The position numbers and the translations under genes were made by a program. A stretch of 64,000 bases of DNA from Eledone cirrhosa (Eukaryota): NCBI GenBank assembly GCA_964016885.1, contig OZ024745.1, forward strand, positions 86,800,001-86,864,000, written 5' to 3'. The notes under the pieces are model-generated. The model did no database searches. It had not been told where the DNA came from and saw nothing but the letters and a program-made list of their open reading frames with translations. This document shows, in pieces, positions 1-15,585 of the stretch (its first letter is position 1; every line of letters starts with the position of its first letter).

Positions 1-3000
1 TCACAGAGGAAATTATATCTCAGACCAAATTTTATCATAGACCAAACTATATCACAGACCAAATTATATCACAGGTCAGACTATATCACAGAGCAAACTA
101 TATCACAGACCAAACTATATCAGAGACCAAAGTATATCACTCACCAAACTATATGACAGGTCAAACTATATCACAGACCAAACTATATCACAGACCAAGC
201 TATATCACATGCCAAACTTTATCAAAGATCAAACTATAACACAGAATAAACTATATCACAGATCAATCTTTGTCACAAACCAAACAATATCACAGAGAGA
301 ATTATTTCACAGACCAAACTATATCACAGACGAAACTACATTACACACCAAACTATATCACATACAAAACTATATCACAGACCAAACTATATAAGAGGTC
401 AAACTATATAACAGACCAAACTATATAACAGACCAAACTATATCACAGACCAAACTATATCACAGGACAAACTTTATCACAAATGAATCTATATCACATA
501 CCAAACTATATCAGAGACCAAAGTATATCAGTCACCAAACTATATGACAGGTCAAAATATATCACAGACCAAAGTATTTCACACACCAAACTATATCATA
601 GATCAAACTATATCACAGAGAAACTTATATCTCAGACCTAACTATATCAGAGGTCAAACTATATCACAGACTAAACTATATAACAGAACAAACTATATCA
701 CAGACCAAATTATATCAGAGACCAAAGTATATGACAGGTCAAAATATATCACAGACCAATCTATATCACAGACCTAACTCTATCAGAGACCAAACTACAT
801 CACAGACCAAACTATATCCAGACTAAACTATAAAACAGACCAAACTATATGATATACCAAACTATATCTCAGGTCAAACAACATCACAGACCAAACTATA
901 TCACAGACCAAACTAAATCACAGACCAAATTATATCACACACCAAACTCTATCCCACACCAAACTATATCACATGTCAAACTATATCACAGACCAAACTA
1001 TAACACAGATCAAATTATATCACAGACCAAACTATATCACATAGGAAATTATATCACAGACCAAATTATATCACAGACCAAACTATATCACAGACCAAAT
1101 TATATCACAGGTCAGACTATATCACAGACCAAACTATATCACAGATCAAACTAAATCAGAGACCAAAGTATATCACTCACCAAACTATATCACAGGTCAA
1201 ACTATATGACATGGCAAACTATATCACAGACCAAACTACATCACTGACCAAACTACATGACAGACCAAACCATATCACAGACCTATCTATATCACCGACC
1301 AAACTAAATCACAGCCCAATCTCTATTGCAGACCAAAATATATCATAGACAAAACTATATCAGAGGTCAAACTATATCACACACCAAACTCTATCACAGA
1401 CCAAACTACATCACAGGGCAAAATATAACACAGAATAAACTATATCACAGACCAATCTTTATCACAAACCAAACAATATCACACAGCGAATTATTTCACA
1501 GACCAAACTATATCACAGACGAAACTATATCAGAGACCAAACTATATAAGAGGTCAAACTATATCACAGACCAAACTATATGACAGACCAAACTATATGA
1601 CAGACCAAATTATATCACAGACCAAACTATATCACAGACCAAACTATATGACAGGCTAAACTATATCACAGACCAATCTATATCACCGACCAAACTATAT
1701 CACAGACCAAACTATATTACAGACAAAAACTATATCACAGGTCAAACTATATCACAGACCACACCATATCACAGACCAAATTATATCACAGAACAAACTA
1801 TATCACAGGTGAATCTATGTCACAGACCAATCTATATCACAGACCAAACTATATCACACAACAAATTATATCACAGATCATACCATATCCCAGGTCGAAC
1901 TATATCACAGGCCAAACTATTTCACAGACAAATCTAAATCACAGACCAATCTATATCACAGACCAAACTATATCACAGGCTAAACTATGAAACAGACTAA
2001 ACTATATGATATAGCAAACTATATCTCAGGTCAAACAATATCAGAGACCAAACTATATCACAGACCAAACTATATCACACATCAAACTCTATCCGATATC
2101 AAACTATATCACAGGTCAAACTATATCACAGAACAAACTATATCACACACCAAAGTATATCACAGACCAAAGAATATCACAGACCAAACTATATCACAGC
2201 AAACTATATCACAGGTCAAACTATATGAAAGGTCAAACTATATCACAGACCAAACTATATTACAGGTCAAACTATATCACACACTAAACTATATCACAGA
2301 CAAACTATATCACAGACCAAGCTATATCACATGTCAAACTTTATCACTGATCAAATTATATGACAGATCAAACCATATCACTGGTCGAACTATATCACAG
2401 ACCAAACTACATCACAGACCAAACTATATCCAGACCAAACTATAAAACAGACCAAACTATATGATATACCAAACTATATCTCAGGTCAAACAATATCACA
2501 GACCAAACTATATCACAAAGGAAATTATATGTCAGACCAAACTATATCACAGACCAAACTAAATCACAGACCAAACTATATCACACACCAAACTCTATCC
2601 CAGACAAAATATGTCACAGCTCAAACTATATCACAGACCAAACTATAACACAGATGAAACAATATCACAGATCAAACTATATCACAGGACAAACTATATC
2701 ACAGACGAAACTATATCACAGACCAAAATATTTCACAAACCAAATTATACGACAGACCAAACTATATCACAGACCAATCTATATCACAGACCAAACTATA
2801 TGACAGAACAAACCACATCATAAACCAAACTATATGACAGACCAAACTATATCACAGACCAAACTATATTACAGACAAAAACTAGATCACAGAACAAACT
2901 ATATCACAGGTGAATCTTGTCACAGACCAATCAATATCACAGACCTAACTATATCACAGGTCAAACTATATCACAGATGAAACTATAACACAGAATAAAC

Positions 3001-6000
3001 TATATCACAGACCAATCTTTATCACAAACCAAACAATATCACAGACCAAATTATTTCACAGACCAAACTATATCACAGACGAAACTACATTACACACCAA
3101 ACTATATCACAAACAAAACTATATTACAGGCCAAACTATATCAGATTTCAAACTATATCACAGACCGAACTATATCACAGGTCAAAGTATATCATAGACC
3201 AACCTCTATCACAGACCAATCTATATCACAGAGCCTACTATATCACAGAGCAAACTATATCACAGAGGAAATTAGAGAGCAGACCTAACTATATCAAAGA
3301 CCAAACTAAATCACAGACCAAACTATATCACAGACCAAACTATATCACAGACCAAACTATATCACAGGTCAGACTATGTCACAGATCAAACTATATCACA
3401 GACCAAACTATACCAGAGACCAAAGTATATCACTCACCAAGCTATATCACATGTCAAACTTTATAACAAATCAAACTATATCACAGGACAAACTATATCA
3501 CAGACGAACTATATCACAGACCAAACTATAACAGAGACCAAACTATATTGCAGACCAAACTATATGACAGACCAAACTATAAAACAGACCAACCTATATG
3601 ACAGACAAAAATTATATTACAGACCAAACTATATCACAGACCAATCTATATCACTGACCAAACTATATTACACACCAAACTATATTACAGAGCAAACTAT
3701 ATCACAGAACAGACTATATCACAAAACAAACTATATCAAAGACCAAACTATATCACAAACCACAATATATCACAGGTGAATCTATATCACAGACCAAACT
3801 ATATCATAGACCAAACTATATCTCAGACAAAACTATATCACAGACGAAACTACATTACACACCAAACTATATCACATACAAAACTATATCACAGACCAAA
3901 CTATATTAGAGGTCAAACTATATCACAGACCAAACTATATCACAGACCAAACTATATCACAGGTCAAAGTATATCACAGAAAAAACTATATCACAGACCA
4001 AAGTATTTCACTCCCCAAACTATATCACAGAACAAAGAATATCACAGTCCAATCTATATCACACACCAAACTATATCACAGACCAAACTATATCACAGTT
4101 CAAACTATATCACAGACAAAACTATAACACAGAATAAACTATATCACATACCAATCTTTATCACAAACCAAACAATATCACAGACCGAATTATTTCACAG
4201 ACCAAACTATATCACAGACGAAACTAAATTACACACCAAACTATATCACAAACAAAACTATATTACAGGCCACCCTATATCACAGGTCAAACTATATCAC
4301 AGACCAAACTATATCACAGGTTAAAGTATATCATAGACCAACCTATATCACAGACCAATCTATATCACAGAGCCTACTATATCACAGACCAAACTATATC
4401 ACAGAGGAAATTAGAGAGCAGACCTAACTATATCAAAGACCAAACTAAATCACAGACCAAACTATATCACAGACCAAACTATATCACAGGTCATTCTATA
4501 TCACACACTAAACTATATCACAGAAAAACTATATCACAGGCCAATCTATATCACAGACCAAACTATATCACAGACCAAACTATAACACAGACGAAACTAT
4601 ATCTCCGTCCAAAGTATATCACAGACTATAGTACAGAAGAAAATATATCTCAGACGAGACTATATCGCAGAACAAATTATATCACAGGTCAAACAATATC
4701 ACAGAACAAGCAATCTCTAAACAAACTATATCACAGAGTAAACTATATCTCAGACCAAACTATATTACATTCTATTCTATATCACAGATCAAAATATATC
4801 ACAGAACAAACTATAAGACGAACCAAACTATATCACAGACCAAACTATATTACAGACCAAACTATATCACAGACCAAACTAAATCACAAAGGAAATTATA
4901 TGTCAGACCAAACTATATCACAGACCAAACTATATCAGAGGTCAAACTATATCACACACCAAACTCTATTCCAGACCAAACTACATCACAGACCAAACTA
5001 TATCACAGACCAAACTATAACACAGAATATATTATATCACAGACCAATCTTTATCACAAACCAAACAATATCACAGACCGAATTATTTCACAGACCAAAC
5101 TATATCACAGATGAAACTATATCATAGACCGAACTATATCTCAGGCCAAACTATATCACAGACCGGACTATATCACAGACCAATCTATATCACAGACCAA
5201 ACTATATCACAGGTCAAACTATATCACAGACCACACCATATCACAGACCAAACTATATCACAGACCAAACTATATCATAGACCGAACTATATCTCAGGCC
5301 AAACTATATCACAGACCGGACTATATCACAGACCAATCTATATCACAGACCAAACTATATCACAGGTCAAACTATATCACAGACCACACCATATCACAGA
5401 CCAAACTATATCACAGACGAAACAATATCACAGACCAAACTATAGTACAGACGAAAATATATCGCAGAACAAATTATATCACAGGTCAAACTATATCACA
5501 GAACAAACAATATCTCTAAACAAACTATATCACAGAGTAAACTATATCACAGACCAAACTATATCACATGCCACTCTATATCACAGACCAAAATATATCA
5601 CAGAACAAACTATAAGACGAACCAAACTATATCACTGACCAAACTATATCACAGAGGAAATTATATCTCAGACCAAACTATATCACAGGGATATAGTTTG
5701 GTATGTGATATAGTTTGGTCTGACATATAATTTCCTTTGTGATATAGTTTGGTCTGTGATATAGATTGGTCTGTGATATTGTTTGACCTGAGTTATAGTT
5801 TGGTATATCATATAGTTTGGTCTGTTTTATAGTTTGGTCTATGATATAGTTTGGTCTGTGATATAGTTTGGTCAGTGATATAGATTGGTCTGTGATATAG
5901 TTTGGCCTGTGATAGTGTTTGACCAGTGATATGGTTTGAACTGTGATATAGCTTGGTCTGTGATATAGTTTGGTCTGTGATATAGTTAGGTCTGTGATAT

Positions 6001-8190
6001 AGATTGGTCTGTGATATAGTTGACCAAACAATATCACAGACCAAACAATATCTCAGACCAATCTATATCACAGGTCAAACTATATCACAGACCAAACTCT
6101 ATAGCAGACCAAACCAGATCACAGAGCAAACTATATCACAGACCAACTTTGATCACAAACCCAACTATAGCACAGACAACACTATTTCACAGACCAATCT
6201 ACCTCACAGATGAAGCTACATTATGCACCAAATAATATCACAAAACTATATCAGAGACCAAACTATATTACAGACCAAACTATATCACAGACCAAACTAT
6301 ATCACAGAGGAAATTATATTACAGACCAAACTATATCACACACCAAACTATATCACAAAGGAAATTATATGTCAGACCAAACTATATCACAGACAAAACT
6401 AAATCACAGACCAATCTATACCACAGACCAATTTTTATCACAAACCAAACAATATCACAGACCAAATTATTTCACAGACCAAACTATATCACAGACGAAA
6501 CTATATCACAGACCAAACTATATCAGAGGTCAAACTATATCACAGACCAAACTATATCACAGACCAAAGTATTTCACACACCAAACTATATCACAGACCA
6601 AACAATATCACAGACCAAACTATATCACAGACCAAACTATATCACAGCTCAAACAATATCACATGTCAAACTATATCACAGACCAAACTATATGACAAGT
6701 CAAACTATATCACACACTAAACTATATCACAGACAAACTATATCACAGACCAAACTATATCACACCATGCGATATCACATGTCAAACTTTATCAAAGAGC
6801 AAACTATATCACAAGTCAATCTATATCACACACTAAACTATATCACAGACAAGCTATATCACAGACCAAACTATATCACACCAAACTATATGACATGTCA
6901 AACTTTATCACAGAGCAAACTATATCACAAGTCAATCTATATCACACACTAAACTATATCACAGAAAAACTATATCAGAGACAAACTATATCACAGACCA
7001 AGCTATATCACATGTCAAAATTTATCACAGATCAAACTATATCACAGGACAAACTATATGACAGATGAAACTATATGACATACCAAACTATATCACAGAC
7101 CAAACTATATCACAGGTCAAACTATATCATAGACCAAACTATATCACAGAGGAAATTATATCTCAGACCTAACTATATCAGAGGTCAAACTATATCACAG
7201 ACCAAACTATATCACAGATCAAACCATTTCACTGGCCGAACTATATCACAGACCAAACTATATCACAGACCAAACTATAAAACAGACCAAACTATATGAT
7301 ATACCAAACTATATCTCAGGTCAAACAATATCACAGACCAAACTATATCACAGACCAAACTATATCACAAAGGTAATTGTATGTCTGATCAAACTATATC
7401 ACAGACCAAACTAAATCACAGACTAAACTATATCACACAGCAAACTCTATCCCAGACCAAACTATATCACAGGTCAAACTATATCACACACAACACTATA
7501 ACACAAATGAAACTATATCACAGACCAAATTATATCAGAGAGGAAATTATATCTCAGACCTAACTATATCAAAGACCAAATTTAATCACAGACCAAACTA
7601 TATCACAGACCAAACTATATCACAGACGAAGCTATATCACAGACCAAACTATATCAGAGACCAAAGTATATCACTCACCAAACTATATCACAGGTCAAAC
7701 TATATGACAGGTTAAACTATATCACAGACCAAACTATATCACAGGTCATCTATATCACACACTAAACTATATCACAGACAAACTATATCACTGACCAAGC
7801 TATATCACATATCAAACTTTATCACTGATCAAACTATATCACAGTACAAACTATATCACAGATGAAACTATATCACAGACCAAACCATATCACAGACCAA
7901 ACTATATTACAGACCAAATTATATCACAGACCAAACTATATCACAGACCAAACTCTATCACAGATCAAACTACATCACAGACCAAACTATATCACAGCTC
8001 AAACTATATCTCAGACCAATCTATATCTCAGACCAAACTATTTCATGCACCAAACTATATCACAGACCAAACTACATCATAGACCGAACTATAACACAGA
8101 CCAAACTATATCACACGCCAAACTGTATCACAGACCAAACTAAGTCACAGGCGAAACTGTTTCACAGACCAAACTATATCACACACTAAA
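1..8190. repeat. 17-bp satellite array (consensus TCACAGACCAAACTATA), running off the window start
   Basis: Hundreds of diverged tandem copies. The 17-aa periodic ORFs (HRPNYITDQTISQTKLY) equal 3 x 17 nt and are artefacts. Confidence 0.97.
5690..6022 (-). repeat. Inverted block within the 17-bp satellite
   Basis: Reads gatatagtttggtctgt, the reverse complement of the unit, then reverts to forward orientation. Confidence 0.95.
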
Positions 8191-8899
8191 CCCCCATTCA
8201 ATGTGGTCTGCTAAATTCATTGAATAAGTAACGTTGCTTACAATACAAATATTCTTTCTTTTCCTATTATTAATATTAAATTAACGAAGGGTGGTGGATC
8301 AGTAGAATTGGTCGACCTTGGGATAATATAACCCTATAGTATGTGTTCTGTGTCTTAACTTTCTAAGTTCACATCCCGCCGTGGTCGTCATTGATTTTAC
8401 ATTTCCGATGTCTAGAAAATAATGTACCAGTGAAGTACAGGGACTGATCTAATCAACTTTTCCCTTCCCTTTAATTTACTTGTATTGTGCTTAAAGTAGA
8501 AATCAATGTTAGGTTCGTCAACAAAAATCATTCCGTATCGAAAAATGTCTCGTGTTTTCCCGTTAAGTCATATAAATCGATATTTTGAATTAATACAAAA
8601 CAATTTTAAATATTACCTATTGTGGCTGTTTATTTATTTATTCTCTGAAGACCTGAGAGTTTCTTACTACTTATTACCATCACTTAATTATATTTCATCA
8701 TGCTGATATCTTCACATTAAAACTATAGTATTGTGACTCAGATTAATTATTCTGTAGCTTCGCAAAAGAAATATTTTATTGGCGCAATTAAATGATGTTA
8801 TACCATTAAGAAAAACGTGCTGTGTTGGTTAGTTTTGATATCAACGGCGAACATTTTTACTTTATATTATTTGTCAGGTCACTCTTGAGTGTTGCTGGT

Positions 8900-9110
8900 A
8901 GCATGTAACCCAGTACAACCTGTCGCATGGTCGCGTCGTCAGCGACTAAACCGGCAACCCCACCAAATTTACTTGGTGAGGAGAGTGATTTTGGACACCC
9001 TGCAGGACAAAAAAGAAAACCTGACAAAGGGCGGAAGAACTCATAAGAGAACAATGCGGCTCTACAGATGATTAATGCAAATTGACAATGGAAAGGCGCT
9101 ACCGCTCGAG
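8900..9110 (+). pseudogene. Possible RTE-clade LINE 3' RT remnant
   Basis: Frameshifted WSRRQRL...RRVILxTP.AGQKRKPDKGRK resembles the RTE C-terminal RRLRW...P.G.R..GRP motif. Confidence 0.35.
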
Positions 9111-9744
9111 TTAGAAGAGAACTATTGACCTTCAGAAGCAGCGACCGCTGATTGTATTCAGCAACCGAAACAAATATGAAGTACACCAAATCCAATGCTC
9201 TTAGGGGCGACCCTGGTTCTTCTTATTTGTGAGTATAAACTCGGCCTGATTGATTGATTTATTATATTATATTAAACGATTGGCTAGCAAAACAAAAATA
9301 TTTTCAATCCAGATTTCCTCCAAGAAAAGTTGGCTGACCACCGAGCCGGATTGTAAATAATCGTTCACACGGGAGTTTATCAGGTTGAACAACCACTAAA
9401 AAATGCAGATAAATTCCCCGTGCACATATGCTTGCGAATTATGATACAAGCTGGAAGTAATATATTGTTGCAGTAAACTTGACAATTGTGTATTCAATCG
9501 CTCTTACTATAAGGATTCAATCTGCACGATGTAGACTATAAATATCATCGGCTATGTTTGATCACTGAGTCAATCTATCTGTCAGTTTATTACATACTTG
9601 TTACGTGAGTGGTGTAGGTCGAATTCCAGCACTTCGTTGAGTCAATAGTTACGAGTACTACTACTACTATTACTCCTACTACTACAACCGCCGCCGCCGC
9701 CGCCAGATCCACCACCACCACCTCCACCACTACTACTACTACTA

Positions 9745-9930
9745 TAATTGTTTCTACTTTTGGCACCAGGCCAGCAATTATCCCAGTGCATTACTGGTAC
9801 TTTATTTTATCGACCCCGTAAGGATTAAAGGCAAAGTTAACCTCGGCGGGATTTGAACTCAGATCATAAAGGGAGGTAACTCTATACTTCAAAGCATGGC
9901 GCCCGACCCTCTACCGATATTGCCAATCAA
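9745..9930 (-). mobile_element. tRNA-derived SINE (dominant family in this window)
   Basis: Minus strand shows A-box-like TGGCAaTATCGG, B-box GAGTTCAAATCC and the family central segment GCCTTTCATCCTTACGGGGTCGATAAAATAAAGTACCAG. More than 15 copies occur in the window. Confidence 0.85.
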
Positions 9931-10089
9931 TGGGCAATAATACTTTCGACTCGACACACATACTACATTCACCAACACATCCTTACAGTTACATTTACTT
10001 CCATTATTTACCATTAAATCATTATATGTGACAGCTATAACCCAGTTTATTACTGCTAAGTATTTTTTAAAGAAAGACCCCCTTCGGTC

Positions 10090-10612
10090 ATGAATGACCA
10101 TCGAATTTGCACATAGAAAGTTCTCCTCCGAGGCACATGTCCAGGCAAGGTTGTTTGTGGAAGACCTGCAGTCGCCCATGCAAACCAGTCTCACCTCTCC
10201 ACTCCACCTATGTTGCCTAAGGCTAGCATGTCAAACATACGGCCCGCGGGCCGCACGCATCCCTTTGCAAGCATACCTGCGGCCCGCACAAAGGTTTTTA
10301 CAGCGCGAGCATGTTTTATCTAACATAAAAAAAAAATTAGTTGTAATGTGTGCAATTAGTTGTCGTGTGTGACCCTCAGGCAACACATGTGTGACCCATG
10401 TAGCCCTCGGGGGACCCTCAGTTTGACATGTCTGGACTAAGGGAAAGACAATGCCCGATACAGCTTAGCACCAGGGACGTAGCACCTCATTTCTACATCT
10501 GAGTAAACTGGAGATATGTGAAATATAGTGTCTTGCTCAAGGATACGACGCATCAACCTGTCCAAAAATTGAACCCCCACCTTCCGATTGCAAGCTCAAC
10601 GCACTAACCACC
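10090..10612 (-). mobile_element. Second tRNA-SINE family, interrupted by a hAT MITE
   Basis: tRNA-like head TGGTTAGTGCGTTGAGCTTGCAATCGGAAGGTGGGGGTTCAA on minus, and a CCTTGAGCAAGACAC core. A related copy lies at ~53980-54215. Confidence 0.65.
10223..10434. mobile_element. hAT (Charlie-like) MITE
   Basis: TIRs ctaGCATGTCAAAC / GTTTGACATGtctg, internal GGCCCGCGGGCC motifs, and 8-bp TSD gcctaagg/gactaagg. Confidence 0.8.
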
Positions 10613-10669
10613 AAAAATTAAAACAATACTATAACCACTGCGTCCTTTTCTTTATACCTACCATAACTA

Positions 10670-11182
10670 CTCCTCACTTAGTACTTAATATTTAGTATGG
10701 CTTCTCCCTTAATACTTAATATTTAGTGTGACTCCTCCCTTAATACTTAATATTTAGTGTGGCTTCTCCCTTAATACTTAATATTTAGTGTGGCTCCTCC
10801 CTTAGTACTTCATCTTTTATTTGGTTCCTCCCTTAATACTTCATCTTTTGTTTGGCTCCTCCCTCAATACTTCATCTTTTGTTTGGCTCCTCCCTCAATA
10901 CTTCATCTTTTGTTTGGCTCCTCTCTTAGTACTTCATCTTTTGTTTGGCTCCTCCCTTAATACTTCATCTTTTGTTTGGCGCTTCCCTTAGTACTTCATC
11001 TTTTGTTTGGCTCCTCCCTTAATACTTCATCTTTTGTTTGGCTCCTCCCTTAGTACTTCATCTTTTGTTTGACTCCCTCCTTAGTACTTCATCTTTTGTT
11101 TGGCTCCCTCCTTAGTACTTCATCTTTTGTTTGGCGCCTCCCTTAGTACTTCATCTTTTGTTTGGCGCCTCTCTTAGTACTT
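10670..11182. repeat. ~30-bp minisatellite (CCTCCCTTAGTACTTCATCTTTTGTTTGGCT)
   Basis: About 17 tandem copies. The first ~4 are a variant (AATATTTAGTGTGG). Confidence 0.95.
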
Positions 11183-12823
11183 ATACATAACCCATTAACT
11201 CTCTCTAGCCACTGTTAGAAGTCACCAGACTTGTTTTCACCGATCTTTCTAAATCAAAGAGAAGAAACAGGAAGGTAATTCGAATTCGAACACACTCATT
11301 TGAAACTTTAAAAACCTACAATTATGTGTATATAGGAAATAACCTAACATTTAAGTATTCGATACTAAGTTGCTGTGTCATTCTCATTTACCATAAAGCT
11401 AATTTTGACAGTTATTGCACAATTTCTCTTTATAATATACATAATATAGACGAAAGTTATTTGTAATCATAAAATCGGTGTGTGCAAGAAAATAAGCACA
11501 ACTCCTCGAACTATAAAGATAAGGATAGAAACTGTTGCTCGCTATTCAGACAAGATAGACCGTAACTGTTTATAAAATTATTCATAAATTGTTATTATTC
11601 TCACGGTAAATCAACTCTCTGAACTTTTCTTTGAACTCTGTTATTATTGAGAAACCATAGTTCTCTTTGAAATGCTAGCAGTTCTGATATTTTGGACTGA
11701 GTTGGACAACTAAATTACACTGGATATTGTAATAACATTTTCAGAATATATGTTAAATGATGAATGTAAATGCAATTTGAAATTATATTGCTTTGTATCA
11801 GAAACCTTGAAGAACGTTGACATCGAAATGTCATGTTACTTAAAATTTCTCTAAATCCAGGAGGAAACATTGATGCAAGTAAGATCTTGTAGTTTCCCCT
11901 TATATAAGAAGTAATTGTTGTCTGCATTCTTCTGGTTGACAGGCTTTGGAAATTAGCTTATAGACAGTTAAATTATATCGTTTCTGGAGCATGCAATTAA
12001 TGACAATGTAAAGTTCTTTTTACATTTTCGTTAGAAAGTAACTTCTCTCAAGCTATGATTCGTGTAAGGTAGAATATTCTGAAATTTCTTTCATTTTAAC
12101 ATTTTGGAATATATTATAATATAAAGAAAGAGCGTTTGAGGGTTAACTCGTATATCGCGAACTAATATAATCATAAAGTTGTGGAGTAATTCTATTTAGA
12201 TGAATTTGTTTCTTCCTATTCTTTGTCTCTACCTCTTTATATTCCTACATGCTTATCTGGTAATCTATTTATCAAAATATTTACTATTCATAATATCACG
12301 CAATTCTCTATGTTGTGTTTAAGGCCAGTTGACAGAGTTATGAATTTTGATCGGAGATTTTTAGATGTCATTAAACCAAGACCTTAAATCTACTTCGGAA
12401 TCTGTAATTAACTAAGGGGTTACTATATGTAAGCCAGTTACCTCTATATCCAAAATACATATGCAGTGGCGTTGTACACAGAACTACAGCAATAAAGATT
12501 AGTGAAGGGCAAGCAAATGCTTATTTTTCACTGAAGAAAATTTATATTTGACATAATTCTACCTGTCGGATATTCATTTAGCTTGTATGATGAACTCATA
12601 TCGTTAGCTCATATTGTTCTTTGTATCACTTTGATACCCATAACCAGTAAAATTGCTAGTTTGTGGAATAATATAACAAGGATGTTGAATAGTATTCTGG
12701 ATTTTTCGTTAGCTTTCAGAGGTGAGCATAAATGTTAACCTGTGGTAAATGTTATACTGATGTAACTCCCACATCAGGGAAAAGGCATTTATTTGCCATT
12801 TAAGGTCGGAAAAACTAAGATAA

Positions 12824-13286
12824 TCTATATATATATAAAAGCAAGTCGGTCTGTCTGTGTGTGTGTGTCCGTCTGTCTGTGTACAAATACTAGGCTCCTT
12901 TTAACTTTTGAAGTACTAGGCCGATTTGCTTCAAGGAATGATATTTCTATGTCCAGTGGATGGTCAACGTGGTAGTGGCAGCGCCATCTTACGCATAGGG
13001 TTTAGTCTACTGAAGGACATACGGTGCGTCTATTCCATCTTTATCCCCTTACTCATACCTACTACAGCAAGGCCGGACCTGAAATCATTCAAGTCAATTA
13101 ACTCAAGCTACCTCATGAATTGTTTTTATGTTGCCGTTTATTTCACTCAATCATGTCACTGTACACCCATTTTGTTAAACTTTTTTTTACAATTACATTT
13201 CAATTCTTTGCTCAACCTTTGGCTCTCTTTATACGGACAAACAGGTTGTCATTCATTTCCCGAGCAACGCCGGGTACATCTGCTAG
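12824..13286 (+). mobile_element. Non-autonomous Helitron
   Basis: 5' TCTATATATATATAAAA plus (GTCT/GT)n, 3' hairpin CCCGAGCAACGCCGGG followed by CTAG, inserted between A and T with no TSD. Confidence 0.85.
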
Positions 13287-13359
13287 TCTTAAATAAAACA
13301 AGAATTGATAGAAAAAAACTGTGAAAGAAAGAAAACTATAGCAGTGAGAACAGTACTAA

Positions 13360-13850
13360 TAGTTGTTTCTAGTTTTGGCACAAGACCAGCAATTATCCCA
13401 GTACATTACTGGTACTTTATTTTATCGACCCCGTAAGGATGAAAGGCAAAGTTAACCTCGGCACGATTTGAACTCAGACCGTAAAGAGCCGTAACTCTAT
13501 GCTGCAAAGCATGGCGTCCAATCCTCTACAGATACTACCAACCCACACACTAATAATGGTTTCTTATATAGGCACAAGGCCAGAAATTTTGGGAGAGGGG
13601 TAAGTCGATTAAATCAGATCATAAAGGGCTGTAACTCTATGCTGCAAAGCCTGGCCTCCGACCCTCTACCGATACTGCCAAGGTTTCTGGTTTAGGAACA
13701 TGGTCAACAATTTTGGGGGAAGGAGAAAGTCGATTAAATCTTTCCCAATGCGTTATTGGTACTGTATTTTATCGTAAAAGGACGTAACTGTAAGCCATAA
13801 AACATGTTGTTCGACGCTCTACCGATTCAGCCAATCCACCGTCCTCATAA
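13360..13850 (-). mobile_element. Tandem cluster of tRNA-SINE copies
   Basis: Three partial or full copies of the 9745-9930 family. Confidence 0.8.
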
Positions 13851-14879
13851 CAATATTAATAATAACACATCTTTTCTGCTCGTGCAGCAAACGTGTTTGC
13901 GTTTAAAAAAATCTTTCTCATTTCGTTGGGATCTATTTTGTATTTGCCAAGAACTATTTAAATATTATGTTATATTACTCTTCCTAAAGATTTGTCTCAT
14001 CACAGTCATTCGACCCAGTGCCATCGTTTTTATTATTATCCGAGCCAGAGCCGCCATCTTTTAAAGAACTATGTCAGAGAGCGTACACTGGTGTTACTTG
14101 ATTTGAGAGACAAAGAAGGGACATGAAGTCTGATTATTTGGTAGTTCTATGTTATTTGTTCATTTCAAACTATTCTAGTTCCTACAATAGTTGGTTAAAT
14201 TCATGGAAAGGCAGACAGGCAAACAGCCAAGCAGACAAGCAGGCAGAAGAGAAAATCTATGAAAAATTGTGTTGAACTTTATAAAGGGAATGAGGTGAAA
14301 AATAGCCGAGTTTATGAAAAGAAAGGATGCGTGGATAGTTTATGAAAAGAAAGGATGCGTGGATATTAATGAGTAAAGATGAAAGTTGTATATAGCGATC
14401 AGCTTCATGGAATTACAAGCCATTGTAGTAAGAGAAAAGAGGGAAAATGTAGGAAAATAGAGGCCATTGCTCAACGTTGAATGATTTACTGATTTCAGAA
14501 TGCTGTTTCCTTTTATTCCTCTTTTCTCCATCTCTTGCCCTTTCTTTTTTCTTTTCTTCCTCTCCCAATATCCATTTGTCTGTCTTTTACTGTTTGTCTG
14601 CCAATTTGTTTGATTGCCTTTGATAGTGACTGAGAAACATCCAATAATGATGCCGAACAAGGTTGATCGATAAACACAGATAGATTGGAATCATTGGTTT
14701 AATCAACTACACAGGCTTTGCACTATTTCATGTACACCATTGAAATAATTAATAATCTTTCAATACCACAACTCCTATAGTGATCAACGATCGGCTGAAA
14801 TTAGAGGCCATTGAGGCATACAGGATTTTCCATCACTGTTTGCTCTTTGAATCATTGCTAGAGCTTATTATTATCAAGA

Positions 14880-15585
14880 TGAGGGGGCGGTGAATTGGCA
14901 GTATCGGTAGAGGGTCGGACGCGATGCTTTGACGCATAGAGAAACGGCCTTTGCCATTCTGAGTTCAAATCTGGCCGAGGTTAACTTTGCCTTTCATCCT
15001 TACGGGGTCGATAAAATAAAGTACCAGTAATGTACTGAGTAATTATTATCAAGATGATGGATTGGCAGTATCGGTAGAGGGTCGGACGCCATGCTTTGCA
15101 GCACAGAGTTACAACCCTTTACAGTCTGAGTTTGAATCTCGCCGAGATTAACTTTGCCTTTCATTCTTACGGGGTCGATAAAGTAAAGCACCAGCTTTGT
15201 ACGGGGGTAATTGCTGGCCTTGTGCTAAAAATAGAAGCAATTATTAGAGTAACCTTCACGGACCGAGTTGAAATCCCGCCGAGGTTAACTTTACCTTTCA
15301 TCCTTACGAGGTTGATAAAATAAAGCACCAGTACTGGGGCGATTTAATCGACTTTCCCCTCCCCAAAATTACTGGCCTTGTGTCTATACTAGAAATCCTT
15401 ATTATCAAGATGGTGGATTGGCAGTATCACTAGAGGGTCGGCGCCAAGCTTTGCAGCACAGATTTACAGCCCTTCACGGTCTGAGTTCGAATCCCGCCGA
15501 GGTTAATTTTGCTTTTCATCCTTACAGAGTCGATAATGTACTGCCGGTTATTGCTGGCCTTGTACCAAAAATATAAACAATTATT
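14880..15585 (+). mobile_element. Tandem cluster of ~4 tRNA-SINE copies
   Basis: Repeated TTGGCAGTATCGGTAGAGGGTCGG...GAGTTCAAATC...GGGGTCGATAAAAT. Confidence 0.85.

Noticed and set aside
209-8143. Many 60-180 aa ORFs with HRPNYITDQTISQTKLY repeats
   Set aside because: They are translations of a 17-bp satellite that cycles through all frames, and they have frequent stops.
1-11182. CRISPR-like arrays (17-bp and 30-bp repeats)
   Set aside because: There are no unique spacers or cas genes, and the context is eukaryotic tandem repeat.
11715-12070. Possible host exon(s) with splice-like signals
   Set aside because: No recognisable protein motif, and stops occur in the candidate frames.
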